A stretch of 63,975 nt of DNA, filler included, from Octopus bimaculoides (lineage: Eukaryota): NCBI RefSeq assembly GCF_001194135.2. It is 6 parts of 6 records of this genome, joined end to end, with 100 filler letters (N's around TTAATTAATTAA, not from the genome) between each part and the next. Parts side by side here need not be neighbours in the genome. Positions count along the whole stretch, not along the records: positions 62,972 to 63,975 come from NC_069000.1; 5 more parts are not named here. One strand, written 5' to 3'. The position numbers were made by a program, and so were the translations under genes. The notes under the pieces were generated by a model. That model ran no database searches, was not told the DNA's origin, and worked only from the letters and a program-made list of their open reading frames with translations. Positions 63,160-63,975 of the stretch are shown here, one piece after another; within the stretch, counting starts at the first letter, position 1, and every line of letters starts with the position of its first letter.

Positions 63160-63235
63160 CGAACAGCTAGAAATAGCAGCAGCCAAATATCACTCAAACA
63201 CACCTCACCGATATAAAAGAGGGGTACATCAGATA
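63160..63235 (-). repeat. Short dispersed repeat family (also ~10190-10270, 19400-19490, 27775-27815)
   Basis: shared (G/T)ATTT(G/A)G(C/A)T(G/T)GCTATTT(C/T)(T/A) core, e.g. GCTGCTATTTCTAGC. Confidence 0.55.
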
Positions 63236-63932
63236 CCTAAACCAGCACCGATACCCACCCCCCGCCCAAATAAAGACAACATATGAAAGCCTTCGATTAT
63301 TGAGCATTGCCCTGCATTAATAACAACAACATGAAGAATGTCTACATCATCAGTAGTAGAAGTAGCAGTAGCACCAACACATGTAACGAAAACAGCTGCA
63401 ATAAGAAAGGAAACGACCACTAGTCAATAACGGAGAATCCGAGGTCGTTCACCCTACGACGGTGAATTTTTGACTTAGACACAGGGCCAGAAAGGTTTAA
63501 AGTAGATACCAGCCGAACATACTCGGTACTTAATCGGTACATATTTTTATCAACCCACTGCAACCCTAGACAGCACCATGAAAGGGAAAAGAGACCCCGC
63601 CGCGATTTGAACGCAAAACTGTTGCAATCATCAGAGAGCGACGATTAACTTGAGGGAAAACGATAAGATACAATGGATACGGGATACGGCAAGCAGAGAT
63701 AGGGTATGGCTAACAGAAATAGAAGTGATACTCACACTTGGAAAGGCATTCAATATATACATGTACACACGCATAACGTACTCACACAGGTACACATACA
63801 TACATATAAGTATATAAATATATAGACGTAAATACATACACACACGTATATACATATGTTAAACTAATACATATGTTATGCACAGCTTTTTGTCTTAATT
63901 TTATTATTTGTTAACTTGAATTGACTACATAA

Positions 63933-63970
<38 letters not shown>

Positions 63971-63975
63971 AGGTA

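Overview
AT-rich, gap-ridden animal genomic scaffold, most likely an octopus or other coleoid cephalopod (inferred from the SINE repertoire and very dense (TA)n/(CA)n/(TACA)n/(AAT)n microsatellites; not confirmed by search). I recognise no intact host protein-coding gene, rRNA, true tRNA or CRISPR array, and most listed ORFs are microsatellite or N-gap artefacts. The window is mainly decayed mobile elements: at least five SINE families; R4/Dong-clade, Tx1/L1 and RTE non-LTR fragments; several Penelope-like (GIY-YIG) fragments with degenerate hammerhead-ribozyme motifs; Tc1/mariner elements; hAT elements, one with a nearly complete DDE transposase; a Merlin fragment; piggyBac/hAT/mariner MITEs; and Helitron/Helentron-type elements. 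Signals these do not explain include a near-perfect ~300-bp foldback (2574-2872), a candidate multi-stem RNA (5940-6060), a CpG mosaic that co-varies with repeat class, and a strand-biased TGCATG cluster (39.7-41.8 kb). Family assignments rest on motifs recalled from memory and need database confirmation. I found no clearly novel biological system.
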